From an uncultured Acidobacteriota bacterium (GTDB taxonomy: Bacteria; Acidobacteriota; Terriglobia; UBA7540): DNA of 64,000 bases. Positions within the stretch are counted from its first letter, which is position 1; each line of letters opens with the position of its first letter. The notes beneath the pieces are model-generated. The model was not told the DNA's origin. It ran no database searches and saw only the letters and a list, made by a program, of their open reading frames with translations. The position numbers and the translations under genes are program-made. Shown piece after piece: positions 29,275-38,739 of the stretch. The stretch lies in the NCBI GenBank assembly GCA_963719115.1, contig CAVRBF010000028.1, forward strand, positions 5,633-69,632, in the 5' to 3' direction.

Positions 29275-30410
29275 CTACACCTGTTCGAGAATCGCAAAGT
29301 CGCCCGGGTTCCACGCCAGCGCCATGATGTAAAACTTCTCGCCGATTTTCCTGATCGCGGCGTTGTGGATGTGGACGAAATTCGGCAGCCCCAGATCCTC
29401 CTTGATCATGATGGTTGAGACCAGCTTTTCGTTCTCGAGGATGTAGATGGGAGCGCCCTTCTTACTATTGTCCGGGCCTTCCAGCGCCGGGACCACGCTG
29501 TATGCGCTGGTCGAGGTAATTGATGTCGCAGGGCAAGCGAACCCGAAGGCATGGCCAGGCCGGAGAGGTAGTGGCCGTAGCGCGAAAAGCGTTCGAAGCG
29601 CGAATTCGGCCGGTCCGCCACGTCGAGCCGCACCATCCCCGGCGGTTTGGTGATGCCGTGCCCGGTGCGAAACTTGCCGATGGCGTCGCCCTTGCCGCCC
29701 CAGGCCAGATCGTTCCACGCCACCTGGCTGGCGTCGGGCGAAAGGCGGGCTGTGAGCACGTAATCAAGATTGCAATAGCCAGTTGTGACGTAATACAGAC
29801 CTTCCAAATACTCCACCGCCGTGGGCGCAAAATTCCCGCCGCCCAGAAGATAGTCGTGCACCTCGGGCTGTTCAAAGTTGTCGCTGGCGGTGGGAGCGTC
29901 CAGCTTGTTCACCAGCCGCCCATCGAGGGTGGTGGTAAAGATTTTGCCCTCGCCATTGGCGGGAAAGACCAGGAACGGCGTTCCATCCGTGCCGTACCAG
30001 ATGTTGGTGTCGTGCAGGTTGATCTTGCGCATCTCGTCCGGCGTCTCGACCATGCTGATGGTTTTGAAATCCGAGCTGATCTGGACGATGCCCGCGCCGG
30101 GAAGGGCGAAATAGGTTTCGTCGCGTCCGGGGCGGCGGTCAACGGCAAAACCGCCATGCGCATCCTTCAGCACCTTCTGCGCTTCGGGGGGAAGGTGGTC
30201 GGCGGTGTACAGCACTTTGAACTTCAAATCCCCCTGGCCGCTGACGCCGGGAGCGCTTTCCGCCATCGCGCCGGCAGCGTCCAGCGATGCCCGGAACGCA
30301 CGCTTGCTGAATCGCGGCGCGTGATGGTGGGCGTGCAGTGCTGTCATGTTTTGAGTCATGCCTGCCAAACCGACAAGGCCGTACATCATCCGTCTTCGCG
30401 AAAGGCTCAT
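29275..30410 (-). pseudogene. TAT-exported hypothetical protein (possible beta-propeller), frame broken near 29505-29535
   Basis: MSLSRRRMMYGLVGLAGM signal. ORF 29406-30605 loses sense after ...GHYLSGLAMPSGSL, while the C-terminus (TSAYSVVPALEGPDNSKKGAPIYILENEKLVSTIMIKEDLG...FAILEQV) continues in the frame of ORF 29275-29718. Confidence 0.5.
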
Positions 30411-30685
30411 GAGCATTTCTCCCCGAAGGAATTTTGTCGTAACCAGATTGCGGAGGTGCGCCCCAACACTGAAGCGGGAATTCGCAGAAGCAATTTCCAG
30501 CCGACTGGTAACATACCGCGAACGGCTCGAGATCGCAATGGGCAGTTGAATTTGGTGGTCACCCGCGCTAAGGTGTGCGCCTCGGTGCCGGCTTGGGTCA
30601 GTCACGGTGCGCTGGTAGCACTTGCCGCAGCGAGAGAAGCGGTGGGCAAGTTAGAACAACGGATCGGCGAAGAAAGAGGGGAACC

Positions 30686-32203
30686 ATGAAGAGGCGGACA
30701 TTCCTGCAAGCGGCGGGAGCGGCCGGGTTGGTCCAAGCGGCCAGGGCGGACGGCACGGCGAACTTTTCGACGACGTCGCAAGCCGAAGGGCCGGGTTCGA
30801 ACCGGGAATCCATCCCCGCGGTTTTGGGTGGTTACAGCAAGGATGAACATCGGCGCCGTCTGGAAAACATCGCTTATGGTGAGCGCGCCATTGCCAAATG
30901 CATGCGGAAGCACCTGATCGCTGATTACCTGCCGGGGCAATGCTCTTACAATCTGGGCGAATATCCCTGCCGCCACGTATGGGACCCGGGCGAATGGGAC
31001 GAGCGTGAACTCGACAATTTGAAGGAGCAGGGCATTCGCCTGATCCAGCTTCACGAAGAATGGAACGACGCCGAGCGCTTGTTCGGAGGGGATAAATTCA
31101 CTCCGCTGAACCCTGCGGGCTTTCGTCGGTTCGTCGATATGGTCCACCGCCGGGGGATGAAGCTCATTGTCTATGCCTCCAGCGGCTTCTTCGAACGCCG
31201 CGACCGCGATTTCCGCCCGGAGTGGGCGCGCAGCCCCGACTTGGTCGAACTCTGGTATCAGTACGCTCACTGCTCGCCGGCCAGTCCGGGCTGGCGGGCC
31301 TACCTGCTGCCGCGCCTGGTCGGGATTCTGGACGACTACGGCGTGGACGGTTTCTATAACGACCTCGGCTACGAGAATCTGGCGGGGCGCGGGGTGAAGC
31401 CCTCGGCAGATGAGGTTCCGGCAATGGAGGAGGACGAACATCACGATGGCGCCTTGGAGGACCTGCTGGCCTTGATCTACGCCGAGGTGAAGCGCCGGGG
31501 CGGAATCGTGAAGGTTCACCACGGTGGAGCCTCGCGCCTCCAGACGGATCGAAAGGTTTACGACTACCTGTGGGTGGGCGAAGGTATTCGCGATGCTGAC
31601 TCGTTCCGCGAAGCGGTGAAGAATCATCCTCCTTACGTGGTGCCCTGTCTCGACATGAGCCGCGCGACCATTGCTAATGAAAATGAACTATATCTGGGGG
31701 CCGTGCCCTACATGCAGTTTCCCCTGCTGCTGGCCGGACGGCCCTTTACCGGTGAGCGGGCCACGATTGCCGGTATCCAGTATCAGCCGGAAGAAAAGGA
31801 TTTCTGGACGCACCACTGCCGGGAGATTTGGCGGTATTACCAGTCTCACTCCCAGGGGCCGTACAGCTATGGCTGGTGGGATTCGGTACCCGGGCGTCCG
31901 GAGGCGCGACCCACCCACGCGCGCTGGCTGAAGCAGTACCTGCCCATGGTGGAGGAAGGCACTTGGGCGTGGCTGGAAATTAGCGATTCCAGCCTCTTCC
32001 CGCGGCCCTTGCCGGCGGATGTGGTGGCCTCGGCATTTGCCAATCGTGATCTCTATCTCGTGCTGGGAAACTACCGGCGCGATGCCGCTGAAGTAGTCAC
32101 AGCGGAAGCATATTGCTCCGCGGAGCAGCCATGCCAGGCACGGACTCGGTGGACGTTGGAAGCCCGCTCACTGCAAATTCTCAAGCGCGCGCGGCAGGCT
32201 TAA
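30686..32203 (+). CDS. TAT-exported glycoside-hydrolase-like TIM-barrel protein
   Basis: MKRRTFLQAAGAAGLVQAARA signal from the ATG at 30686. The central region (GIRLIQLHEEWND..., GMKLIVYASSGFF, VDGFYNDLGYE) resembles GH-like (beta/alpha)8 barrels. I did not recognise a family. Confidence 0.45.
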   Translation: MKRRTFLQAAGAAGLVQAARADGTANFSTTSQAEGPGSNRESIPAVLGGYSKDEHRRRLENIAYGERAIAKCMRKHLIADYLPGQCSYNLGEYPCRHVWDPGEWDERELDNLKEQGIRLIQLHEEWNDAERLFGGDKFTPLNPAGFRRFVDMVHRRGMKLIVYASSGFFERRDRDFRPEWARSPDLVELWYQYAHCSPASPGWRAYLLPRLVGILDDYGVDGFYNDLGYENLAGRGVKPSADEVPAMEEDEHHDGALEDLLALIYAEVKRRGGIVKVHHGGASRLQTDRKVYDYLWVGEGIRDADSFREAVKNHPPYVVPCLDMSRATIANENELYLGAVPYMQFPLLLAGRPFTGERATIAGIQYQPEEKDFWTHHCREIWRYYQSHSQGPYSYGWWDSVPGRPEARPTHARWLKQYLPMVEEGTWAWLEISDSSLFPRPLPADVVASAFANRDLYLVLGNYRRDAAEVVTAEAYCSAEQPCQARTRWTLEARSLQILKRARQA

Positions 32204-33514
32204 TTTGTCTCGGCTGGGAAAATCGGTTTGCGAAGGCGGGACGAACGGCGAGATGAGGTCCCCCGCGGCATCGAACTCCGCGGCGAAGGGAGCCTCCGAC
32301 AGGCGCCAGTTTTGGGGCAAGATCACGTCCTCGCGCAGAGCAGGAGAGATGGCAATGCGGTCCAGGCCCAGCGTATTGCGAATCCAAACGCAGCGCTGCC
32401 CGGCCGGAGTGGGGCTGCCCACATGGGCCAGGGCGAAGTCGAGCGCGGCGCGGTCCGAAGGCAAGTGCATGGGCATCATCCCGCCGGTCGGGTTCAGCGA
32501 ACTGCGGATGTTGGCGTAGGTCTTTTGCAGATCGATTTTGCGATACATGCGCTCGTGAATCAGGTCCGCGTGGCCCATGCCAGTGGCATTGCCGCCGCTC
32601 ACGTCAGTAAGATCTCGAACGTAGACGATGCTGATTTGGGGGCCGCTGCCGGGAGCCATGCCGCGAGCCCGGCCGATGACTTTGGAATCCATTCCCGCGC
32701 CGCTGATGTTCTTTCCCATTTCGTCAACAATCAGCACGTCGAGCCGGGAGAAGGGAAGCCGCGGCATCAGGTCGCGCGCCAGGGCGATGGCAGATTCTTC
32801 CATCGCGACGATGTCTTTCGGCAACGCCGCCCGCATGTCCGCGATGGCGTGCAGTTCGTTTTCCACCACCCCAACGCCGAACAGAATCTTTCCGCTCTCC
32901 AAAATTTTCGCGGAGACGGCGCGGATGGTCGGTTCAAAGCCATACTTCCAGATCTGCTTGTGGCCTTCGCCGGCGCCCTCGCGCTTGCCCAAGCCGATGG
33001 CCATCATCTTGAGCATGCCGCTTTCGATGTTGCCGATTAAATCGGAATGCGGCTTCACCCGATTGACCACCACGATGGCGTCCGATTCCCACGCCAGGCG
33101 GTCGGCAAACACCGGGAAACCCTGGGGCGTCGCGGCCACTTGCACGGTCTCAATGTTCGAACGGATTTCCACGCCCACACCGGCTTCGGTGATGCCGTAG
33201 TCCGCCAGAATCTGGCGCTGGCCCTCCGCCGTTCCACCACCATGGCTGCCCATTGCGGGAAAGACAAACGGTCGCGCGCCCTGTGCCTTCAGCCAGCCGC
33301 AGACGGTGCGGACAATTTCCTGCAAGCTGGCGATGCCCCGGCTGCCAACGGCGACGGCAACTTGCTTTCCGCTAAGCTTGTCCGCCGCCAGACCCAATCC
33401 GGTTAGACGGACTTGCAACGCCGAAGGCAAATCGCTGATTGCCGGCCGGCTTGGGCCTTTGCGCTCAAGGAAGTGAAAGCAGGACAGCGGAAGATGATTC
33501 TGTTCGCGGGTCAC
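32168..33514 (-). CDS. LarA-N-terminal-like (DUF2088) domain protein
   Basis: It aligns by eye with the LarA N-domain: VAVAVGSRGI vs VAIVVSDITR, FPAMGSHGGGT vs IATGLHRPMT, and VVVNRVKPHSDLIGNIESGMLKMM vs ISTGLIEPHFFAGFSGGRK. The 3' end overlaps the convergent gene by 36 nt. Confidence 0.45.
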   Translation of the reverse strand: MTREQNHLPLSCFHFLERKGPSRPAISDLPSALQVRLTGLGLAADKLSGKQVAVAVGSRGIASLQEIVRTVCGWLKAQGARPFVFPAMGSHGGGTAEGQRQILADYGITEAGVGVEIRSNIETVQVAATPQGFPVFADRLAWESDAIVVVNRVKPHSDLIGNIESGMLKMMAIGLGKREGAGEGHKQIWKYGFEPTIRAVSAKILESGKILFGVGVVENELHAIADMRAALPKDIVAMEESAIALARDLMPRLPFSRLDVLIVDEMGKNISGAGMDSKVIGRARGMAPGSGPQISIVYVRDLTDVSGGNATGMGHADLIHERMYRKIDLQKTYANIRSSLNPTGGMMPMHLPSDRAALDFALAHVGSPTPAGQRCVWIRNTLGLDRIAISPALREDVILPQNWRLSEAPFAAEFDAAGDLISPFVPPSQTDFPSRDKLSLPRALENLQ

Positions 33515-33574
33515 AGCACCAACCTAGCGTGGGCGAGGCGGCTTGTCAATATGGCGGGACGCTCAGGCGGCTAT

Positions 33575-33623
33575 GGGGCGGCGGCTTTACGCTGCCGCTT
33601 GGCGAGGTAAACTCGCCGCTACA
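33575..33623. repeat. Inverted pair of 'GTAGNGGC-N3-TTTAY' short repeats
   Basis: ggcggcggctttacgctgcc and gcgaggtaaactcgccgctaca belong to the same family as 49665-49753. Confidence 0.5.
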
Positions 33624-33658
33624 TCGCTTTGCCCAGATCTTTGGTCAGAGGCAACGGG

Positions 33659-34069
33659 TCAGCTCTGCTCCCGGCAAAATTGGCGAAGGTGGGTCCGCAA
33701 CTGGTCGCGGATGCGCCGGAATTCAGCCAGCCTTTGTTCCTCGGAGCCTTGGACGGCGGCGGGATCTTCCAGGCTCCAGTGAATCCTCTGGGTAGTGGCA
33801 GGGAAGACCGGGCAACTTTCCTTCGCGTTGTCGCACACGGTGATGACGTAGTCGAAGTGCTGACCGGCAAACTCTTCGACCGACTTCGAGCGGTGGCCCG
33901 AGATGTCAATTCCAACCTCCTGCATGACCGCGATGGCCTCCGGCCGCACGTGGCTTGGATGTGTCCCGGCGCTGAAAACCTCGAAGTCCGGCCCGCCATC
34001 GTGGCGGAGCAACCCTTCTGCCATCTGGCTGCGTGCTGAGTTTCCCGTGCAGAGGATCAATACTCGCAT
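33659..34069 (-). CDS. arsC: Arsenate reductase, LMW-PTP/thioredoxin-coupled type
   Basis: AGGTGG RBS 6 nt before the ATG at 34069. MRVLILCTGNSARSQMAEG (CX5R P-loop) and VITVCDNAKESCP (a Cys82/Cys89-type pair). Confidence 0.85.
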   Translation of the reverse strand: MRVLILCTGNSARSQMAEGLLRHDGGPDFEVFSAGTHPSHVRPEAIAVMQEVGIDISGHRSKSVEEFAGQHFDYVITVCDNAKESCPVFPATTQRIHWSLEDPAAVQGSEEQRLAEFRRIRDQLRTHLRQFCREQS

Positions 34070-34138
34070 GATTGGCCACCTGTTCAAGAGATATGAAACT
34101 ATACGGCTATGATCGAGCTGAAGCTGCCGGCGAAGACC

Positions 34139-34543
34139 TCAGTCGGGATAAACCTCTAACTGGACGGCAACCCGCAGCAGCCCAGCCGACGGTGCCGTCG
34201 CCACCGACAAGATCTCAACATCCCCATGGTCATACTTACTGAATTGAGAGGGCGAGCTGGCACCTTCGTGAATATGAAAATCGGGTCGCAGTTGGTCGGC
34301 CAGCCACTCATTGTATGTCTCGGCCCGGTAATTTGTCTGAAATTCCCAATCCGCGCGTGCAACCCAACCCTGAATTGCTGGCAGATGCTGATCTATTAGG
34401 CGCGAGTCGGGGGGAACGGTGCGCTTTTGCAGACGGTCAACTTCCTGTTGTAAGTGCGTGTCCGGGCGGGTCTCCGAAGTACAGCTCGTTTGCGTGCTCC
34501 AGGCCGATAGTATGAAGAGAGCCATCAGGGTCCTTAGGTGCAT
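34139..34543 (-). CDS. Hypothetical exported protein (possible lipoprotein) inside the ars cluster
   Basis: MHLRTLMALFILSAWSTQTSC leader. 134 aa, no recognisable family, tightly packed between the arsM-like gene and arsC. Confidence 0.45.
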   Translation of the reverse strand: MHLRTLMALFILSAWSTQTSCTSETRPDTHLQQEVDRLQKRTVPPDSRLIDQHLPAIQGWVARADWEFQTNYRAETYNEWLADQLRPDFHIHEGASSPSQFSKYDHGDVEILSVATAPSAGLLRVAVQLEVYPD

Positions 34544-34568
34544 GTTTATCGCTGTCCTCGTGACGGCG

Positions 34569-35348
34569 CTACGCGCTGGGCTTCTTCGCCCGCACGAGAG
34601 CGCTCATGAATTTGCCATCCACCGACGGCGCAATCGCATCCGGGTCAATACCCTTGCTCGAAAGCAGTCCACGCGCGTCCTCCACGTGGTAAACGTAGGT
34701 GGGCTGCACGCTGACCCCCTCGAATCCCACTCGGACGAGACTCTCAACGTATTCGTATTCCTCGATCGCCCTAGCCATACACCAGACCCATTGCTGCATT
34801 CTCCGCCGAAGTCCGGCGGGAACAGCCTCGCGGACCAGCATGTTCGAGATCGCAAGCCTTCCACCGGGCTTGAGGATCCGAAAGGCTTCCCGCAGCACCC
34901 TATCCTTGTTCACAGACAGATTGATGACGCAATCCGAGATGATCACGTCCACCGAGTTCTCGGGCACCGGGATGCTCTCGACTTCACCCCTTAGGAATGC
35001 GACGCAATTCATGATGATCAACTCTACCGAGGCCAAGTTGAGCGGAGTGCTTCCGATCGCGCCCGCGAGGAATTCAACGTCAATATCTCCCCTCGATCCG
35101 AGGTCGAGCACTACGTCGCCGGCCTTAAGTTCCTCTAGAGCGGGAGTACCGCAACGGAGCACGGCGAGCGGCACTTGTTGCGGAACCTGATGCATCGGGC
35201 CACCATCGCAGCGGCCGGAAGAGACGGGGTCAGGGCGACGTTGCGCCGTCAGCGCCGTCCGGTGGAGGGAACTCCCGCCTTTAGCAACGCGCGATGCAGC
35301 GCGGCGCTGTTTCCCTTCCACGACCTCCTTGACGCTCTCTATGCTCAT
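34569..35348 (-). CDS. Degenerate ArsM-like methyltransferase paralogue
   Basis: The C-terminal half is collinear and highly similar to the ArsM at 38740-39582 (VDVIISDCVINLS..., FRILKPGGRL..., [30 protein letters not shown]). However, SSCCG has become SSLHR, LGCGNP has become LRCGTP, GSGGGID has become GSRGDID, and about 13-20 residues after motif I are deleted. Confidence 0.7.
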   Translation of the reverse strand: MSIESVKEVVEGKQRRAASRVAKGGSSLHRTALTAQRRPDPVSSGRCDGGPMHQVPQQVPLAVLRCGTPALEELKAGDVVLDLGSRGDIDVEFLAGAIGSTPLNLASVELIIMNCVAFLRGEVESIPVPENSVDVIISDCVINLSVNKDRVLREAFRILKPGGRLAISNMLVREAVPAGLRRRMQQWVWCMARAIEEYEYVESLVRVGFEGVSVQPTYVYHVEDARGLLSSKGIDPDAIAPSVDGKFMSALVRAKKPSA

Positions 35349-35365
35349 TTGTCGTTACTTAAGGT

Positions 35366-36473
35366 TTATTTTCCCGATGTAATACTCTCAAGCGCGGCCA
35401 ATCCCTTCACCGCCACTGCAGCGGGTAGCGGCACGTATCCGGCGATGGGAGCGTATCGTTGCCCGTCCTGCAAACACCAACTGAAGAGGTCATGAATCAA
35501 CTTGGCTTTGGCGGCGTCCGGGTTATTTTTGCGGAGGAGTATCCAACTGTAGGTCACGATGGGGTACGAATCCGGTCCCGAGGGGTCAGGAACAAAAGCA
35601 CGCAAGTTGTCCGGCAGTTGAGCTCCCGCTAACGCTGCAAGGATGCTCAGTCCCGACGCTTTGACGAACTTGCCTTCTTTGTTCTCGAGTATCGCCGTCT
35701 TCAGTTGCAGCTCTTGAGCAAATCCATATTCGACGTAACCAATGGAGCCCTCCGATTGCTGGATCCTGCCGGCCACTCCCTCGTTGCCCGGCGCGCGCAT
35801 CGCCATCCCCGGCCAATCGACCAGGGTTTCAGCGCCGTACCGGGAGCGCCATTTGTCGCTGATCGCGGCCAGATGATTCGTGAATGCGTAGGTCGTGCCA
35901 CTCCCGTCCTGGCGCACGACGGTCGTAATGGTAAGGTCGGGAAGCTTGACGCCAGGATTTGACTCGGCGATCAGCTTGTCGTCCCAATTGGTGATCTCCC
36001 CAAGGAAAATGCCGGCGTAGGCCTTTCGAGAAAGCTTAAGGTCGCCCTCGAAGCCGGGAAGATTGTAGGCGAGCACGACGCCGCCGGCGGTGATCGGCAC
36101 CATCAAAACATCCTGGCCGGCAAGGGCGATCTGGGCATCTGACATGGCGGAATCACTGGCGCCAAAATCGACCTTGTCCTCGTCGCTTAACGTTCTTTCC
36201 GATGAAACGCCGGACACCCTCGCCGCTGCCCACCACATCGTAGGTGATGTACGTGTTCGGGTTGTCATGTTGAAAGATCGCAAACCATTGCTTGAACAGA
36301 ATCGAATCAAAGGTGGAGCCGGCGCCCGCTAGAGCGACTGCGCCGACTGGCACTTTGGTTTCCGTGGTCCCGCGGCCCGAGGAGGAACAACTCGTCAAAA
36401 AGCTCCCCAGCAAGGCCGCCGTTAGGACTGGCAATACTCTGACACTCGTCGAATACATCATCTTCGTTCGCAT
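35366..36473 (-). pseudogene. pstS: Phosphate-binding lipoprotein PstS, frame broken near 36185-36200
   Basis: GGAGG RBS 6 nt before the ATG at 36473 and lipobox LLGSFLTSC. ORF 36153-36545 gives AGAGSTFDSILFKQWFAIFQ...VVGSGEGVRRFIGK. ORF 35366-36310 continues with DEDKVDFGASDSAMSD...TTVVRQDGSGTTYAFTNHL...IGYVEYGFA, which are PstS hallmarks. Confidence 0.8.
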
Positions 36474-36638
36474 ATTGCGCCTCCATCTGCCGACAAGAAC
36501 GCTGCACGCCGTCGTGCCTGGATTAAGGAGCGCTGATCCCCTCATCGCCGCCTCCGATAACCCGGAATTCCAGATTTCCTCCCATGCGATTCGATCCTTA
36601 CTTGAGCGGCTGACCGTTCGCCGTCAACGGGCGGACAA

Positions 36639-37058
36639 TCAGCCTTCCTTGGCGATGAGTTCGCGGACATGGTTCTCAATCTCATCGCGGACTTGGCGAA
36701 ATACCGCAAGGTGCTCAGCGGCGGTCCCTTCAGCAGCAGCGGGATCCTGGATGTCCCAATCTAATCGCCAGATGGCGCCCGGAAAGATGGGGCATCTTTC
36801 TTTCGCCTTCTTGCATACGGTAATCACATATTGAAACCGCTCGCGGAAGAACTCTGCGGAGTCCTTTGCCCAATGGCTGGAGATATCGATTCCCACCTCT
36901 TGCATCACGTGAACGGCGAGTGGATTGAGTTCCGTGGGGGTGGTCCCGGCACTGGTGACTTCAAAACGGTCTCCCGCCATGTGGCGGAGAAAACCTTCCG
37001 CCATCTGGCTTCGGCAGGAATTGGCCGTGCAGAGGAATAGGACGCGCATCTTATTCAC
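36639..37058 (-). CDS. arsC: Arsenate reductase, LMW-PTP/thioredoxin-coupled type (second copy)
   Basis: AAGGAG RBS 6 nt before the GTG at 37058. MRVLFLCTANSCRSQMAEG and VITVCKKAKERCP. Confidence 0.85.
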   Translation of the reverse strand: MNKMRVLFLCTANSCRSQMAEGFLRHMAGDRFEVTSAGTTPTELNPLAVHVMQEVGIDISSHWAKDSAEFFRERFQYVITVCKKAKERCPIFPGAIWRLDWDIQDPAAAEGTAAEHLAVFRQVRDEIENHVRELIAKEG

Positions 37059-37131
37059 GTCGGGCTCCTTTCTTTCGCCTGGCCTCCCCAGGCACTATAT
37101 GCGTATAAGCGAATATACCGGGTGAAAAAAA

Positions 37132-37488
37132 CTACGCCGGACAACAACCTCCGGACTTGTGGACTAATCCCGCGCGCTTCGCATCGTCGGCAATTTCAGG
37201 AACATCGTGAAAGCAATTGCCCAAACACTTCAGAAGATTGCGGTGGAAGGCGGACTTGGCGCTTGCCAACCGATAGTGCACCCAAAGGCCGTTCTTTCGT
37301 GTTTCCACCAATCCCGCTCTCCTCAGGTAGCTCAAGTGACGCGAAGCAGTCGGCTGAGGGACCCGCAGAACCTTCACCAAGTCTCCCACGCACATCTCTC
37401 CACCCGTTAGAAGGCAGAGGATTCGGAGTCGGGTCCGGTCGGAAAATGCCCTGAAAATCAGGTTGACGTGTGCTTTGCTCTTCTCCAT
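37132..37488 (-). CDS. arsR: ArsR/SmtB-family metalloregulator (copy 2)
   Basis: From the ATG at 37488: FRAFSDRTRLRILCLLTGGEMCVGDLVKVLRVPQPTASRHLSYLRRAGLV (winged HTH), with a Cys-rich C-terminus (KCLGNC...GGCCPA). Confidence 0.8.
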   Translation of the reverse strand: MEKSKAHVNLIFRAFSDRTRLRILCLLTGGEMCVGDLVKVLRVPQPTASRHLSYLRRAGLVETRKNGLWVHYRLASAKSAFHRNLLKCLGNCFHDVPEIADDAKRAGLVHKSGGCCPA

Positions 37489-37587
37489 ATTCGCCCACGC
37501 GAATGTATCACACGCAAGCGGACATCGAAAGTTCCAAATTGCCGACCCAAATAGATGGACCGCCATGCCGGTGCCGACTGTCCGGCC

Positions 37588-38674
37588 CTATCGCGAGACC
37601 ATGTTGGCCACTGGCACCGGCGTTGGGCTCGGCAATGGAAAATACTTCTGGCAGCGGAGTGAGACTCCAACCAGCCCGATCAACACAGGAACCTCCACGA
37701 GCGGCCCGATCACCGCCGCGAATGCCTCTCCTGAGTGAATCCCGAATACGGCGACGGCCACCGCGATGGCCAATTCAAAATTGTTGCTGGCCGCGGTAAA
37801 GGAAAGCGTCGCCGTTTTGGAATAATCGGCGCCCGAGCTTCTTGCCCATGTAAAACGAGACGAGGAACATCACCACGAAGTAAATCAACAGGGGCACCGC
37901 AATCCGCAATACGTCCAGCGGTAGTTGGACGATGTATTGCCCTTTGAGCGAGAACATCACGACGATCGTGAACAGCAAGGCCACCAGTGTCAGTGGGCTG
38001 ATCCGGGGAACGAACTTCTTTTCGTACCATTCCCGTCCCCGCGCGCGCACCAGCGTGAATCGGGTGATCATTCCCGCCAGGAAGGGAACGCCAAGGTAGA
38101 AAAAGACACTTTGCGCGATCTGCTTCATCGAGACATTCACAATCGTTCCTTTCAAGCCGATCCACGATGGCAGCACGGTGATAAACAGCCAGGCATAGAC
38201 CGAATAGAAAAGTACTTGGAATACCGAGTTGAAGGCCACCAGTCCGGCCGCATACTCCGTGTCTCCCTTGGCAAGTTCATTCCACACGATCACCATGGCG
38301 ATGCAGCGCGCCAGGCCGATCATGATGAGACCTACCATGTATTCGGGATAGTGCCGCAAGAAGGTGACGGCCAGGACGAACATGAGGACGGGTCCGATGA
38401 TCCAGTTCTGAAGCAGGGAAAGCAACAGGACACGCTTGTTGCGGAAGACCTCGCCCAATTCTTCGTACCGGACCTTTGCCAGGGGCGGGTACATCATCAG
38501 AATCAGTCCGGCGGCAATGGGAATGGAGGTGGTGCCCACCTGAAATGCTGTGATGGCCTTAACCAGGCCCGGCAGAAAATATCCGCTTCCCACTCCCAGC
38601 GCCATGGCCAGGAATATCCAAACCGTGAGATAGCGATCAAGGAACGAAAGCTTACGTGCCACATGCTCTGACAT
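37588..38674 (-). pseudogene. acr3: ACR3-family arsenite efflux permease, frame broken near 37843-37848
   Basis: [28 protein letters not shown]...[14 protein letters not shown]...[12 protein letters not shown]. After MGKKLG the ORF runs into a stop. The expected [53 protein letters not shown] appears one frame over (ORF 37588-37773). The break sits at a GGG run (ctcgggcgccgat). Confidence 0.85.
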
Positions 38675-38739
38675 CGAGAGTTGCCTTTCCAAACGTAATT
38701 TCGGGACGTGCGTGACTGCCCGATGAGCCGGACCTTTAC

